This document shows positions 17,463-28,390 of a stretch of 64,000 bases of DNA, piece after piece. The stretch spans positions 448,001 through 512,000 of the forward strand of contig CBDAON010000004.1 in the NCBI GenBank assembly GCA_965198065.1, written 5' to 3'. The position numbers were made by a program, and so were the translations under genes. The notes beneath the pieces were generated by a model. The model did no database searches, was not told where the DNA came from, and saw nothing but the letters and a program-made list of their open reading frames with translations. Source of the stretch: Longimicrobiales bacterium (GTDB lineage Bacteria > Gemmatimonadota > Gemmatimonadetes > Longimicrobiales > Gaopeijiaceae). The stretch's first letter is position 1. Each line of letters begins with the position of its first letter.

Positions 17463-19907
17463 TCAGCTCCTTGCGTTGGGGGTGGGGGTGGGATCGTCTC
17501 GGCTCGCGAGAACCTCGAGGGCCCGGCTCAGTCCATAACGGGAGACCGCCCGGGCCCTCTCCTCGGCGTCCAATGCGGACGAGGTGTAGAGCCAGTAGCT
17601 CTCCGGATCGACCTCGAGCCGGAGCACCGCCGCCCCGTCCGGACGGCGCAGATAGAGCTCGCGTTTGGGGATCAGGCCCCGGACCTGGGCCAGCTCCGAC
17701 TCGTTCAGCCGGAACAGCGCGCCGACCTCGTCGGGGAGCTCGGGGTTCGCGAGGAAGAGCTTGGTCGGGATCGACTCGAGGAGCGCCGCCGCGCCGGGCG
17801 TTGCCGTCACGTCCACGGCGGACTGGGTGGCGAGGATCAGCGCGGCGTTCTTCTTCCGCCACGTCTTCGCCGCCTCGGCCAGATAGCTAAGCACCGCCGG
17901 GTCCTGCAGGTAGCGCCAGGCTTCGTCCACGACCATCAGCTTCAGCCGCGCCGCCTCGGACGGGTCCTCCACCTCCAAGCGCATCCGCTCGAGCAGGTAG
18001 GAGAGCGCCGCGTCGCAGAGATCCGGATGCTCGACCGCCCCGGCGAGATCGATCACCTGCCAGTCGGCGAACTCGAGATCCGGTGCCCCGCCAGCAGGGT
18101 TATCGAAGTACGCGCCCCAGGCGCCGCCTTCGATCCAACGGCTCCAGGCCGGCCACATCGCCGAGGGGAGGGAGCCAGCCAATACGCTCAGCGTCCGCCG
18201 CTCCGGCTCGAACGCATACAGATCCTCGATCCGCGCCCGGATCTCGCTCGTGTCCGCCCCGCTCGCCTCCCAACCGCCGAGCTTCAAAAGCCGGAGCACC
18301 CAACCGGTCAGGAACTGGAAGGTCCTCGTAGTCGCCGGCAGCGCGAACGGCTGCAGCCGGAGCGTCGGCTCCGCCTCGCCTGGCGAGAGCTCCAGGTAGC
18401 GGCCCCCGAGGAACCGGGTCAGCCAACGGTAGGAGCCGCCCAAGTCCAGAATCAGGACCCGAGGGTCGTACCTGAGCGCCTCGACCAGCAGGAAGTTGAG
18501 CGTGAAGCTCTTGCCCGAGCCGGTCGCGCCGAGCATCAGCGTGTGCCCCACGTCGCCAGCGAACAGATCGTAGTGGTACGCCGTACGCCACGGGGTCTCG
18601 AGTACCGCGAGCGCTTCGCGACCGAGGTGACGGCTCTGCGGCGTCCCCCGGGGAGGCCCGAACAGCGGCGCGAGGCACGCGGCCACTCCGGCCGACACGA
18701 ACACCTTCCGTACCTGCCGCCCACGCGGTTGGGCCGGGAGCCGCGAGAACCAGACCGGGAGCTGGCCGTAGCCCTCCCGGATCACTTTCGCGTCGTGCGC
18801 GGCGAAGAGACGGCGGAGGTCGCCGTCCAGCCGCTCGATGCTTCCGAGCTCGCCGTGGAGCGCCACGGTCAGCGTGGCCTCGCCGTAGCTCACCCCGTCT
18901 GCTTCCAGCTCGACCAGCGCCTCGCCCAGCCGGTCGGACTCCGTCGCCGCGGCCGAGTCGACCATCGCGGCCGCCGTGCCCTCCGTCTCCTGCACGTGCG
19001 CCATCATCGAGTAGCGCTTGGCGAAGTAGTGCCGCTGCGCGCCCCGGATGCGGCGCCGGGCCGCTTCCACCGCCCAGGGACGCCACTCGAGCGAGACCGT
19101 CATCGCCGCGTCCAGGCAGTAGAGGTCCCGGAGCAGGTTCGCGTAGGCTTGGCCGGGCGGGGACAGAAGTGAGTAGAGGATCACGGGCTCGCCGTCGAGC
19201 CGCAGGTGGGAGCGCTCCGCCTCGAGCTCAGAGAGCGCGAGCCGCCAGTTCATCCCGCTCCCCGTCGCGCCGTCCCACACCGTGCCCGGCCGGTTGATCA
19301 GCTCGGAGAGGAGACGGGAAGCCTCGCTGGCCGGGAGCATCTCGATCGGTGTGTGCTCCCCGACGAGCGCCCGGCCCGCGTCGACCGTCGCGCGAAAGCG
19401 GGCGGCGGCGGCCTCGATCTCGGAACCGAGGTAGGTCGGCGCGCTCGCCCGGCGGCGCTTCCACCACTGCCTGAGCCGGGAAGCGCTTCCTGTTCTGGGC
19501 CCGTCTGCCACCGCCCGGAGACGGGGATCGTGCGACCAGACCAGGTAGGCCTCGAGCTGCTGCACACGGCCGGCCAGAAACGCACTCCGCTTCCGCTGGG
19601 AGACCGCTACGATGCCGGAGCCCTCGTGGGCCGCGGCCTCGGGTGAGACCGGCCGACGGAGCATATAGAAGTAGAGGCGCGTGTCAGCGTCCAAACCCGA
19701 GAGCAACCGCTGCCAGCGGCCCAGCACCCGGTCGATCTGTTCGGGTGAACGCCCATCGACCACCGCGGGCGCTAGCCGGCCGGCCGCGATCAACTCGCCC
19801 GAGCGGGTCAGGCAGGTACAGCCGTCCTCGAGCCAGCCCCAGTAGGGCAGCTCCTCCGCGAGCGAGCCGGCCGCCTCGTAGTCCCTGAGCTCCGCGGAGA
19901 TCCTCAC
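17463..19907 (-). CDS. virB4: VirB4/TrbE ATPase
   Basis: GHTLMLGATGSGKS, LDLGGSY, VDEAW, WRKKN, ATQS. Confidence 0.92.
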   Translation of the reverse strand: MRISAELRDYEAAGSLAEELPYWGWLEDGCTCLTRSGELIAAGRLAPAVVDGRSPEQIDRVLGRWQRLLSGLDADTRLYFYMLRRPVSPEAAAHEGSGIVAVSQRKRSAFLAGRVQQLEAYLVWSHDPRLRAVADGPRTGSASRLRQWWKRRRASAPTYLGSEIEAAAARFRATVDAGRALVGEHTPIEMLPASEASRLLSELINRPGTVWDGATGSGMNWRLALSELEAERSHLRLDGEPVILYSLLSPPGQAYANLLRDLYCLDAAMTVSLEWRPWAVEAARRRIRGAQRHYFAKRYSMMAHVQETEGTAAAMVDSAAATESDRLGEALVELEADGVSYGEATLTVALHGELGSIERLDGDLRRLFAAHDAKVIREGYGQLPVWFSRLPAQPRGRQVRKVFVSAGVAACLAPLFGPPRGTPQSRHLGREALAVLETPWRTAYHYDLFAGDVGHTLMLGATGSGKSFTLNFLLVEALRYDPRVLILDLGGSYRWLTRFLGGRYLELSPGEAEPTLRLQPFALPATTRTFQFLTGWVLRLLKLGGWEASGADTSEIRARIEDLYAFEPERRTLSVLAGSLPSAMWPAWSRWIEGGAWGAYFDNPAGGAPDLEFADWQVIDLAGAVEHPDLCDAALSYLLERMRLEVEDPSEAARLKLMVVDEAWRYLQDPAVLSYLAEAAKTWRKKNAALILATQSAVDVTATPGAAALLESIPTKLFLANPELPDEVGALFRLNESELAQVRGLIPKRELYLRRPDGAAVLRLEVDPESYWLYTSSALDAEERARAVSRYGLSRALEVLASRDDPTPTPNARS

Positions 19908-20206
19908 CGCCCGCTCCGGATCACGAGATGCCAGGGCTCTTCGGCCCACTTGCCCGGGTCGAAACGCGACGAGTAGCGCGTCCCGGCCCGGAGCACACCC
20001 AGCATGTCCGGGTCTTTGCGGCCCGCGAGCCACCCGGCCCCAAAGCCGACCGCGAACACCACGCCGCCCGTCACGAGCGAAGCCGTCGCGTTCCACATCG
20101 CGAGCCCGAGCGTCGCGCTCAGCAGGAACCCCCTGCGCTCCACGCCCAGGATCGTGAGCGGACGGTTCAACGCCGGATAGCCGGCCCAGCGCCTCAGGCC
20201 CCGCAT
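19904..20206 (-). CDS. virB3: VirB3/TrbD
   Basis: ALNRPLTILGVER, two TM segments, KDP. Confidence 0.85.
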   Translation of the reverse strand: MRGLRRWAGYPALNRPLTILGVERRGFLLSATLGLAMWNATASLVTGGVVFAVGFGAGWLAGRKDPDMLGVLRAGTRYSSRFDPGKWAEEPWHLVIRSGR

Positions 20207-20499
20207 CAGAACAGCCAGGCCAGGAAGTTGGCCGCGCCCATCGCCATCCCGAGACCGAAGATGATCCCGGCCAGCGTCCGCTTGCTCCCGCCCTCGCCGA
20301 ACGCGAACATCAGTCCGCCCACCACGATCGCGATCAGCGACAGCCCTCGTGCGATCGGGCCCGTGAACTGCGCCTGCAGCTCGTTCACCGCCTCCACCCA
20401 CGGGCTCGTCCCCTGCGCCCACAGCACCCCGGGGAACAGCAACCACAGCGTGAGCGTGGTCCAAGCCGCCGCTCGCGTTGTTCTCAAGAACGTCTGCAT
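20206..20499 (-). CDS. virB2: VirB2/TrbC pilin
   Basis: Leader, then SPW...FTGPIARGLSLIAIVVGGLMFAFGEG. Confidence 0.9.
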   Translation of the reverse strand: MQTFLRTTRAAAWTTLTLWLLFPGVLWAQGTSPWVEAVNELQAQFTGPIARGLSLIAIVVGGLMFAFGEGGSKRTLAGIIFGLGMAMGAANFLAWLF

Positions 20500-20532
20500 C
20501 GTCTTCTCCCTCTTTTCCGTTGAATGCGCCGG

Positions 20533-20762
20533 TCACTCAGCGTCGCCGCGGCTCGCCGCGATCTGCTGCCGGATGATCCACTCGTCCACCTCCGACTCGA
20601 TCCAGTTGACCGCATGTGCGCCCAGTTGGACGGGTTTGGGGAAGGCCCCCTTGGCCGTCGCCGATAGATCGTGCTCCGCGACAGCCCCGTGCGGGCTTGC
20701 ACTTGTTGAAACCGAAGGATGCGCGCTGGCACGTCCCTGCCCGGCTCGACCGCTCGTGTCAT
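20533..20762 (-). pseudogene. alpA: AlpA-family regulator with a 1-nt frameshift
   Basis: ILRFQQVQARTGLSRSTIYRR; after a shift near 20660, GAFPKPVQLGAHAVNWIESEVDEWI. Confidence 0.85.
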
Positions 20763-21028
20763 CGCCCCATCTCTCCTGCTGTCGAGGAAGAATCCCCGAG
20801 GCTCTCGCTGCCGGTTGAACTGCGAGCCCCGTGCGCAGCCCCGTCGTAGGCCTCCATGAACGCTAGAACCCGGTCCACGGTCGCCAGCCTCGGCGAACGG
20901 CCGCGCCGCAAGTCTCCGCAGAACTTCCGGTCGCCGATCGCCCGCTCACCGAAATCCGACGGCGTCAGTTGCGTGCGCCGAAGGAATTCCGCGATACGCT
21001 GCTCGAACTGCTCCGTCAGGCTCTCCAT
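20759..21028 (-). CDS. Cro-like HTH protein
   Basis: IAEFLRRTQLTPSDFGERAIGDRKFCGDLRRGRSPRLATVDRV; divergent from the S24 repressor. Confidence 0.7.
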   Translation of the reverse strand: MESLTEQFEQRIAEFLRRTQLTPSDFGERAIGDRKFCGDLRRGRSPRLATVDRVLAFMEAYDGAAHGARSSTGSESLGDSSSTAGEMGR

Positions 21029-21382
21029 ACCAGTGCACCAAATACGGTGTTGGCAAATGACGCAAGACAGTAGGCAATAGGGCATTTCCCACGTTCTTGC
21101 GGAGCAACGAGATGCGGAAACGGGGGTCCGGCGACGCTCCGCCAGCGGGGCCTCGAGCGGGTCCCAGAACACCCGCTCGACGCTGTGGAAGCCTTGGGTC
21201 TAGATGGATTCGGCCGTGTGGCGGCCCGCTGACCGGAAGCCCGGCCGGAGAGTGCTGCCAGGCGATCCGGGCTACGGGGTGATTCCTACGTTCGCCGTCC
21301 CCGAGTCGGGGTGTCCTGTTGTGCCGGCTACAGGTAGTAGGTAATATCCCACTATATGGGACGGGCAACGAGATACGACGAC

Positions 21383-22072
21383 ATGGCGATGGACCCGGTT
21401 CGCCAGCGGATCCTCGGGCTGATTGCGGAGAATCGCTCGAACCTGCGGATGGCCTCGCTCGCCATCGGACGAAACGCGGCCTACCTGCACCAGTTCATCC
21501 ACCGGGGCACGCCCCGTGTCCTGGCCGAGGACGACCGCGAGGCCTTGGCGAAGCACCTGGGCTGCAGCCCCGAAGAGATCAAGCACGGCCGGCCCCCGAA
21601 TGGGGAAGAGCGTCCACAGCCGCCCTCGGCCGACCCGCGCGCCGTTCCGAGGGGCTACAGCGCGGTGCCCGAGATCGACGTCCGTGCGGCGGCGGGTCCG
21701 GGGGCCTGGAACGACGAGATGGAGCAGACCAAGGCGACCTGGCTTCTCCCCGATCCCCTCATCCGGCATGAATTCCGGGCTAGACCGGAAGATCTGCGGA
21801 TGATCACCGTCGACGGGGACTCGATGGAGCCGCTCTTCTCGAGCGGCGACCGGATCCTGATCGATGTGAGCCGGCAGGTCCCGGTCCCCCCGGGCATCTT
21901 CGTGATCTGGGACGGAATGGGACTGGTCACCAAGCGGATCGAGCATGTGCCGCACTCCGAGCCGCCAAGGGTGGTGATCAAGTCGGCCAACCCGGAGTAC
22001 GACAGCTACGAATGCCTCGTCGATGAAATCCGCATCGTCGGACGCGCCGTCTGGGTCTCAAGGCGGCTGTGA
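21383..22072 (+). CDS. CI/LexA-like repressor (HTH plus S24 peptidase)
   Basis: AAAGPG cleavage-site region, VDGDSMEP (Ser), TKRI (Lys), SANPEY, IVGRAV. Confidence 0.9.
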   Translation: MAMDPVRQRILGLIAENRSNLRMASLAIGRNAAYLHQFIHRGTPRVLAEDDREALAKHLGCSPEEIKHGRPPNGEERPQPPSADPRAVPRGYSAVPEIDVRAAAGPGAWNDEMEQTKATWLLPDPLIRHEFRARPEDLRMITVDGDSMEPLFSSGDRILIDVSRQVPVPPGIFVIWDGMGLVTKRIEHVPHSEPPRVVIKSANPEYDSYECLVDEIRIVGRAVWVSRRL

Positions 22073-22600
22073 GGTCAGCGAGGAACCCGGAGGTGGCTGA
22101 GGCAGCCGGCGCAACGCCAAGGAGGTTCTCAGCGCATGACGCTGGTAGCGTCGATACGAACGGCTGGTCTGTGGCGGCTTCCTTCCCACGTGGGTCCATC
22201 CTCCGCGCTCTGGGGGCTTATTCGACTCGGCCTACCGTCGCTCCGCAAAAGAGGGTCCATCCCCGCACATTCGCGGCAACCTTTCGGAGCCATCTGGAAG
22301 CTGTAGCCCCCGAAGAGCTCAACAACAACGGAATCCTGCCGTCCGAGAGGGTGCTTCGACGCGAACGGCGGTGGAGTGGTTCGAGGGGTTGCGCTGGCCC
22401 CGCACGTCAGCGCGGGCTGAAGCCGTGCGGACGCAATCCAACTGCCCCGGGATTTATCGGGATCGACGTAGCACGGATAATCAACGCCATGATCGGGAAC
22501 CCACATTTCAACGGGAAGAGGTATCATAGAGGGGAGGTGCCAAAAGCAAGGAACTTCCTTACAATAGGAGGCACACCAGACCCTGACGGAGGCGGTTTTC

Positions 22601-22819
22601 ATGATCATCAGCAAGCTAACTTCCAAGGCTCAGACTACTATCCCACAGCCGATCCGCGCAGCACTCGGGTTGCAGCCTGGGGACGGGTTGTTGTACGAGA
22701 TCATCGATGGCCAAGTAATTCTCACCAAGGCCCGGCGCGGGTCCACGGCGGACGACCCGTTCCGCACCTTCGAGGAATGGCGCTCAGAAGCAGATACCAA
22801 GGCCTATGCGGACCTTTGA
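22601..22819 (+). CDS. AbrB/MazE-family antitoxin
   Basis: SKLTSKAQTTIPQPIRAALGLQPGD; acidic tail. Confidence 0.88.
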   Translation: MIISKLTSKAQTTIPQPIRAALGLQPGDGLLYEIIDGQVILTKARRGSTADDPFRTFEEWRSEADTKAYADL

Positions 22820-23147
22820 GCGAGGTGACGTTATCAAAGTGCCGTTTCCGTACACGGATCGCGCGACGCGTCAATCTCGACCTGCCTTGGTGGTATCGAC
22901 GGCTCGACTCAAGGATCTACACGGACTGTTGTGGGTCGTCATGATTACCAGCGCCGAGAACCGAGGTTGGCCCGACGATGTTCCGGTCACCAACCTAAAG
23001 ATGGCGGGCCTACCCTCCCCATCCCTCATCCGTAGCGCCAAGATAGCGACAATCGACGCGGCTGACGCCTCGAAGCTGGGGCAGGTGTCGGCGGCCCAGC
23101 TCAGACTGGTCACGGGAAAACTTATGCAGGGGATGGGGGCCGCGTGA
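22806..23147 (+). CDS. PemK/MazF-family toxin
   Basis: RGDVIKVPFP...RPALVVS, MITS, GLPSPS. Confidence 0.9.
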   Translation: MRTFERGDVIKVPFPYTDRATRQSRPALVVSTARLKDLHGLLWVVMITSAENRGWPDDVPVTNLKMAGLPSPSLIRSAKIATIDAADASKLGQVSAAQLRLVTGKLMQGMGAA

Positions 23148-23279
23148 AGAGCGCCCTATCTGCTGTGCCGTGCCTCGGGTCGAGTTCAACAACGGGAGCG
23201 CCGCCACCGGCCCAGGGATGCTCGGAGATGTGACTGTCCAGCACCGCGCGCCGGGTTGCCGCGGCAACCCGTTCCACCG

Positions 23280-23402
23280 CTCCGATTGCTACCTGCGCGG
23301 ACCCTCAGCGGTCCGAAATGACGTCGTAGACGGACAGCAACGCCTGCGCACCGTTTGGGAGTTATGCCAAGGCAAATTCAAGCTCCCAAAGGACGCCGAC
23401 CC
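23280..23402 (+). pseudogene. DUF262 (DGQQR) protein fragment
   Basis: DVVDGQQRLRTVWE. Confidence 0.6.
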
Positions 23403-23407
23403 GCGGC

Positions 23408-23632
23408 CTGTTCCACGGCTTCGACTTCGACAACACCATGCTGCATCGGCAGCATGAACATGCTGTTGCACGGTGTGGGGAACCCGGACATCCGGTACTG
23501 CGACTCGTTGGCGCAGGAGCACGGAGGCGAGGAAGAGAAGTACACGCTGGTGCTGGCGAACCCGCCTTTCGCCGGCAGCCTCGACTACGAAAATACCACC
23601 AAGGGCCTGCTCCAAATCGTCAAGACCAAGCG
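23408..23632 (+). pseudogene. Type I DNA methyltransferase (HsdM) internal fragment
   Basis: FHGFDFDNTML / IGSMNMLLHGV...DSL...LANPPFAGSLD with a frameshift. Confidence 0.8.
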
Positions 23633-23986
23633 ATACCCTGCACGGCTTCCTGCGACGTTGACATGGTGCCGTCCCTCGCGCTGGCGAGTGAGAACGGGTG
23701 GGTACAATTCGTAGCGGACACCGGTGTGGTCACTCATTGAGAGGAGGATTCAGAAGACAATCCGCCTCAGCTAGGAGCCTGCGCCGCAGAACGGTTTTAG
23801 CCCCTGTTTTGGACGGGCGTGATACCATATGCGGTAGTATGCAGATGCTTGACCCACTAGTTCTTGGGGATCAGGGGGGCAGAGTTTTCTGACGCGCAGG
23901 CTCCTAGCGCTACGCTAGCCGTGGTCCTCGGCACCAACACGAGGGTGGATGACGACAGATCGTTGGATTTCGGGATCCGTTGAGGG

Positions 23987-24586
23987 TTGCAGAGGAGGCT
24001 GATTTTGAAGAATCATGACACAAGAAGAACATGTCAGCGCGGCGCGGTGATCTTCACTGTGCTCGCCGCTGTTCTGGTACCGTATCCCTTGCTCGCCCAG
24101 GCTGTCGGAGACCGCGTTCGCTTCTCCTACGCAGGTGAATTGGTGACGGGCCGAATCAGCGTGGTGGGCGACGAACGGCTCGAACTTCAGGATCAGGCGC
24201 AACGCACGTTCGCTTTCGACCGCATACAACGTCTGGAGCGGAGCACCGGTGCCCAATCACGTTGGAAGAACGGTCTTCTCATCGGCGGCGGCGTGGGCAT
24301 TCTCGTGGGATCAGTTGTCGGCGAACTGTACGGCGCAACGTGCGAGGTGTTCATAGGTGCCAGCGACGAATGCGACGAAGTGGAGTCAGGAATCGGCATT
24401 CGCGCGATGGCCTTGTACGGTGGGACCTTGGGCGCCATTGGCGCGGGCGTCGGCTACTTGATCAAGCGTGAATCATGGGTGCCCGTCTCGCTTTCCGGGA
24501 ATGACATCGACATCAGCCCTGTCGCGGCGCTGCTTTCTGCAGAGGAGGGGCCGAGGTTGGCTCTGGGAGTCCGTGTCAGGTTCTGA
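23987..24586 (+). CDS. Exported/membrane protein with glycine-zipper segments
   Basis: Signal-like segment, GLLIGGGVGILVG and GTLGAIGAGVG repeats; start uncertain. Confidence 0.6.
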   Translation: MQRRLILKNHDTRRTCQRGAVIFTVLAAVLVPYPLLAQAVGDRVRFSYAGELVTGRISVVGDERLELQDQAQRTFAFDRIQRLERSTGAQSRWKNGLLIGGGVGILVGSVVGELYGATCEVFIGASDECDEVESGIGIRAMALYGGTLGAIGAGVGYLIKRESWVPVSLSGNDIDISPVAALLSAEEGPRLALGVRVRF

Positions 24587-24826
24587 AGGGACGCTTCCTC
24601 ACGCTCGCCAGCGGGACCCAGGTTTTCGACCTCTCCGTAGACTTCCTCGAGTCGGGCCAGCAACTCGTCTCCCACGCCCCGCAGATAGCGACTCAGCAAC
24701 CGCAACCGTGTGAGAAATTCCGGATCGTAGGCGACCCCCGCATCGGTCACAGCATGGGGTTGGGGCATGACACGTACGTTGCCAAACTCCCGGAAGTAGC
24801 GCACGAGCACAACAAACGCTTCGAGG

Positions 24827-25615
24827 TTGCTACAGCTCCAGCGCACCGACGACGAAGATCTCCGGGCCCCGGGGCCCGCCAACATCACGGTAAGCGTGCG
24901 GGAGGGTGCACCCTTCCCCATGCGGATCCCACTATCAGCCGAGGGAGGCGACCTGTCGGCGTCCGAGCTGGTGGTTGACGCAGGACGTGTGCTCGGCACG
25001 GACGTGATCGTGACACGGAATGAGGCTGGCGCTGGCGGCACGCAGGTTGCTGCGGGGCGGGCGCCACCGGCGCCCGAGGATATCCGGAGCATCGAGAGCG
25101 GGTCAGCCGAGCCGATCGCGCTGTTCCAACCGACAGCACCCACGGTGTCGTTCGTCTCCCGGTCAGAGTCCGCGCCGGAGGGCGGCACGGCGGTGCTGGA
25201 GGTTGCCCTCAGCACCCCCGCGAGCTCGGCGGTCGCCTTTGGGTACACGCTCGGCGTAGATGACGATCCCGAAAGAGACGATGCAGACGCGTCGGACCAT
25301 TCGCACGGTGGTGGGGGCACCATCGAGATTACCGCGGGGGCCAGCAGCGCTTCGATCGAGATTGCCATCACCGATGACGATGACATCGAGCCAGCGCGCG
25401 AAGTTGTTGCCGTTACGTTGGATCTGCCCGGAGAGGAGACCGGGTACGTTCGCGGCTACCCGCATGCCGCCCAAGTGACGATCGAGGAGGGCGTCTGCGA
25501 CCGTACTCCACGAATCCGGGACGAGATCGTCGGGCAAGCCGGTGCCGTCGGCTGCATCGAGATCGACGGACCTGCGTTGGCGCGTATCCGGACCCTGAAC
25601 CTTTCCGGCGGACAA
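24827..25615 (+). pseudogene. Internal fragment of a large surface protein (Calx-beta domain plus LRR-cap-like motif)
   Basis: TVSF..ESAPEGG...IAITDDDDIE...AQVTIEE, then VCDRTPRIRDEI; no signal peptide and scrambled 3' end. Confidence 0.6.
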
Positions 25616-26017
25616 TGGACCAGCGATGGCGGAGGCAGAACGAGCGGCCACATAACGGTGGTGAGACAGGGTACGGAAGCGTTCCTGAAGCCCTGCGACC
25701 CGATAACCACGCCTGGTCCGGATGGGGCGTGGCAAGAAAGAGGAGCCCGACGACAGTTTCCGTCAAGCTCCCCGATCTGGCCGACACCTACGAGATCGAG
25801 GAGGGCGAGGTGTCAGATGCCAAAGACACAAAGACGGTACCCGCCGGAGCCCGGCCGGCTGATTCCTGACGGCGACGACATCCCGAGGGGACCCACTTTG
25901 GTGGTCGACAATTGGCGGTCGACAGCACCGGGGGTGTCGTCCGGGTGAGTCCCTTAATCGCGGGCGGACACCGCGTGACTTCCCAGACAGCCTTCCAGAT
26001 GGCGGGGCCGATGCAGT

Positions 26018-26668
26018 CTACTCAAAGATGTCCGAGAAGCTAATCGTCTCGGAAAAAGAGATGTCGTCATCGCAGACCTGACCTTCGGTCGTGAGGGTCA
26101 GCACCTCTGTGACGAAATTCAGAGAAGTGGCGAAGCCCATGTCGATGCCGCACAACCCGACTCGGTCGTCGGGTGTCTCCCAGCGGACACTGCCTATGGC
26201 CGTCCCCTGAACACTCAGGCCGGCGTTGATGTCTCCCAGCAGCTCAACGGTGAAGGTGATGTTCGGCGCTCCCGTCATCGTGAACTGGAAGCCGGTTCCT
26301 TCGTCGACCGCCACGCAGCCCCTGTGGACCGTGACCAGCGATACGATCACGCTCAGGACATCGTCGCTCTCCGTGTCTCCGGTAACGGTGCTTGAACCGC
26401 TCAAACCCATGGATCCCCCGAGTGCACAGGGCAGAGTGGCCGACACTTGCTCGGTGATGCTGAAAGGCGCTCGGGCGGGAGTGGCCGCCGGGGCGAGCGC
26501 AGAGGGCGCCTCATCATCCACGAACGACGTGATTTGAAAGACGAGGATATTGGCGAGTGCCGTCGATTCCGCCGCGCTCAGCGTATCGTTCATCCCGACC
26601 GGGTCGTCGTCGCTGCCGCAAGCGACTAGCGATATAGCCAACAGGACCGCGGCAAGACGTGATCGCAT
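26018..26668 (-). CDS. Lipoprotein, unknown function
   Basis: MRSRLAAVLLAISLVA-C lipobox; acidic, beta-rich. Confidence 0.75.
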   Translation of the reverse strand: MRSRLAAVLLAISLVACGSDDDPVGMNDTLSAAESTALANILVFQITSFVDDEAPSALAPAATPARAPFSITEQVSATLPCALGGSMGLSGSSTVTGDTESDDVLSVIVSLVTVHRGCVAVDEGTGFQFTMTGAPNITFTVELLGDINAGLSVQGTAIGSVRWETPDDRVGLCGIDMGFATSLNFVTEVLTLTTEGQVCDDDISFSETISFSDIFE

Positions 26669-26881
26669 GTGAGACTCCGTTAAGAGAACCGCATACAGAC
26701 ATTCCGGAATGGAGATAACCGCATCCGGACTCCTGAACAATGAAGTGCCTCGGTCAGGCCGCCACCGCGAGCCTCCTCTTCTTCCTCCATGGCGCGGATC
26801 TGACACATTCTTCCCTCCGCCCTCCGCCGGCGCGACCCCGGAGTCGGCCGTGAAGCGCCCTCGCAGCGAGAGGCGCCGTTG

Positions 26882-28167
26882 TGACCTACCCCCCCAAGCG
26901 GTACCACCTAGAGTGTTAGTCCAAGCACCTCCTTTTGGCTGGGGGGTGGTCCAAGAAGCAGAGGTAGGTTGAGCAGCTTTGGGTCTGGCCGGATCGCTTC
27001 GGGGGCCGGGGGTCGATAACCCAGAGAGCTGTGCGGTCGATGCGTGTTGTATTCGCGCCGCCACTGCTCGATCAGCACCTTCGCCTCCTCCAGCGAATAG
27101 AAGATTTCGCGCTTTAGCAGCTCGTTTCGGAGCGTGCCGTTAAAGCTCTCATTGTAGCCGTTCTCCCACGGGCTGCCCGGCTCGATGAACAGCGTCTTCA
27201 CGCCTAGCTCACCGAGCCACTGCCGAACCACTCGGGCCGTGAACTCCGGACCGTTGTCGGAGCGAAGATTCGCCGGTGGACCGTGCTCGGCAAACAGCTC
27301 GCTCAGCGTCTGCAGAACATCGTCCGCCTGAAGCCTGCGAGTCACCACGATCGCCAGGCACTCCCGGCTGTACTCATCCAGCACCGTCAGCATCTTGAGC
27401 GGCCGTCCATCATGCGTCCGGTCCGCCACGAAGTCATACGCCCATACATGGTGTCGGTACAGGGGCCGCAGTCGGATACAAGAACCGTCGGTCAGCCACA
27501 GCCTTCCCTCGTTTCGGCTGCTTACTTGGCACCTTGAGCCCCTCCTGTCTCCAGATCCGCTCCACCCGCTTGTGGTTCACGGCCCAGCCCTCCGTCCTCA
27601 GCATCCCCGTCACCATCCGGTACCCGTAGCGCCCGAACCTGCGAGCCACCTTCACCACGTCCTGCCTCAGGGCCTCTTCGTCCTCCCTGCGCTTCGGTAT
27701 CCGACGCTGTGTCGAGCGTGACTGTCCCGAGCACCCGGCACGCTCTCCTCTCCGACGCCCCGAGCTACTGACGTACACGCACCACACAACGTCGTCGGCG
27801 CTCGGGGCTCAGAAGTTTCCCTCGGAGGCTTCCTTCAAGATCAGCTTGTCCAGCGTCAGCTCTGCCACCGCCCGCTTCAGCTGTTGGTTCTCCTTCTCGA
27901 GCTCCTTGAGACGCTTCGCCTGGCTCAGCTTCATTCCCCCGTACTCCCGCCGCCATCGGTAGTACGTTTGCTCGCTCACCCCCAGCTCTCGGTACACCTC
28001 TTTGGTCGTATTGCCGTTCGCCAGGGCCACCTCTGCCTTGCGTGGCCGGTTGATGATCTGTGCCGGACTCAGCCTCTTTGGTGCGGCCATTGTGCCCTCT
28101 CCTTTCGTGTCTTGACCCCGTCCAGATTCTAAAACTGGACTCGGTCTCGTTTTAGGGGGGTAGATCA
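26882..28167 (-). mobile_element. IS3-family element with both ends; orfB frameshifted
   Basis: Ends TGACCTACCCCCC / GGGGGGTAGATCA; orfA 27809-28090; DDE motifs WAYDF, SDNGPEF, WENGYNESFNG; shift near 27505. Confidence 0.9.
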
Positions 28168-28220
28168 CCGAGGCGGTGGGACTAACACCACTGTAGGTGG
28201 TGCCGCTTTGGGGCAGGTCA
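28168..28220 (+). mobile_element. Isolated right end of another IS3-family element
   Basis: GTGGTGCCGCTTTGGGGCAGGTCA resembles the IR ending at 33550. Confidence 0.65.
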
Positions 28221-28317
28221 GAGCCAGGCAAAGCACCTTCTCCGGCGCCTGCACAAGCTCGGCCTCGAGATCCAGATCAAGCAGGCCGCACAGAAGTCCG
28301 AAGGGAGTTTCACAGGA

Positions 28318-28357
28318 AGACAAAGGCCCCCTGGCTTCCGCTAGGGGGCCTTTGTCT
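28318..28357. terminator. Strong hairpin, probable terminator for 28391-28885
   Basis: AGACAAAGGCCCCCTGG-loop-CTAGGGGGCCTTTGTCT. Confidence 0.6.
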
Positions 28358-28390
28358 ATCTGACCCTCTCGGGTTTGTTCTCCGGTTAGG

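Noticed and set aside
7029..19172. Long plus-strand ORFs (7029-8630, 10233-11372, 14369-15577, 18027-19172 and others)
   Set aside because: Antisense shadows of high-GC T4SS genes; Arg/Gly/Pro-rich with no motifs.
8431..20536. Extended N-termini in the ORF track (virB11 from 9897, virB8 from 14242, virB4 from 20096, virB3 from 20536)
   Set aside because: They overlap upstream genes; downstream starts with RBS or stop-start coupling fit better.
22069..22944. 291-aa ORF after the repressor
   Set aside because: Overlaps the TA genes out of frame and has no coherent motifs.
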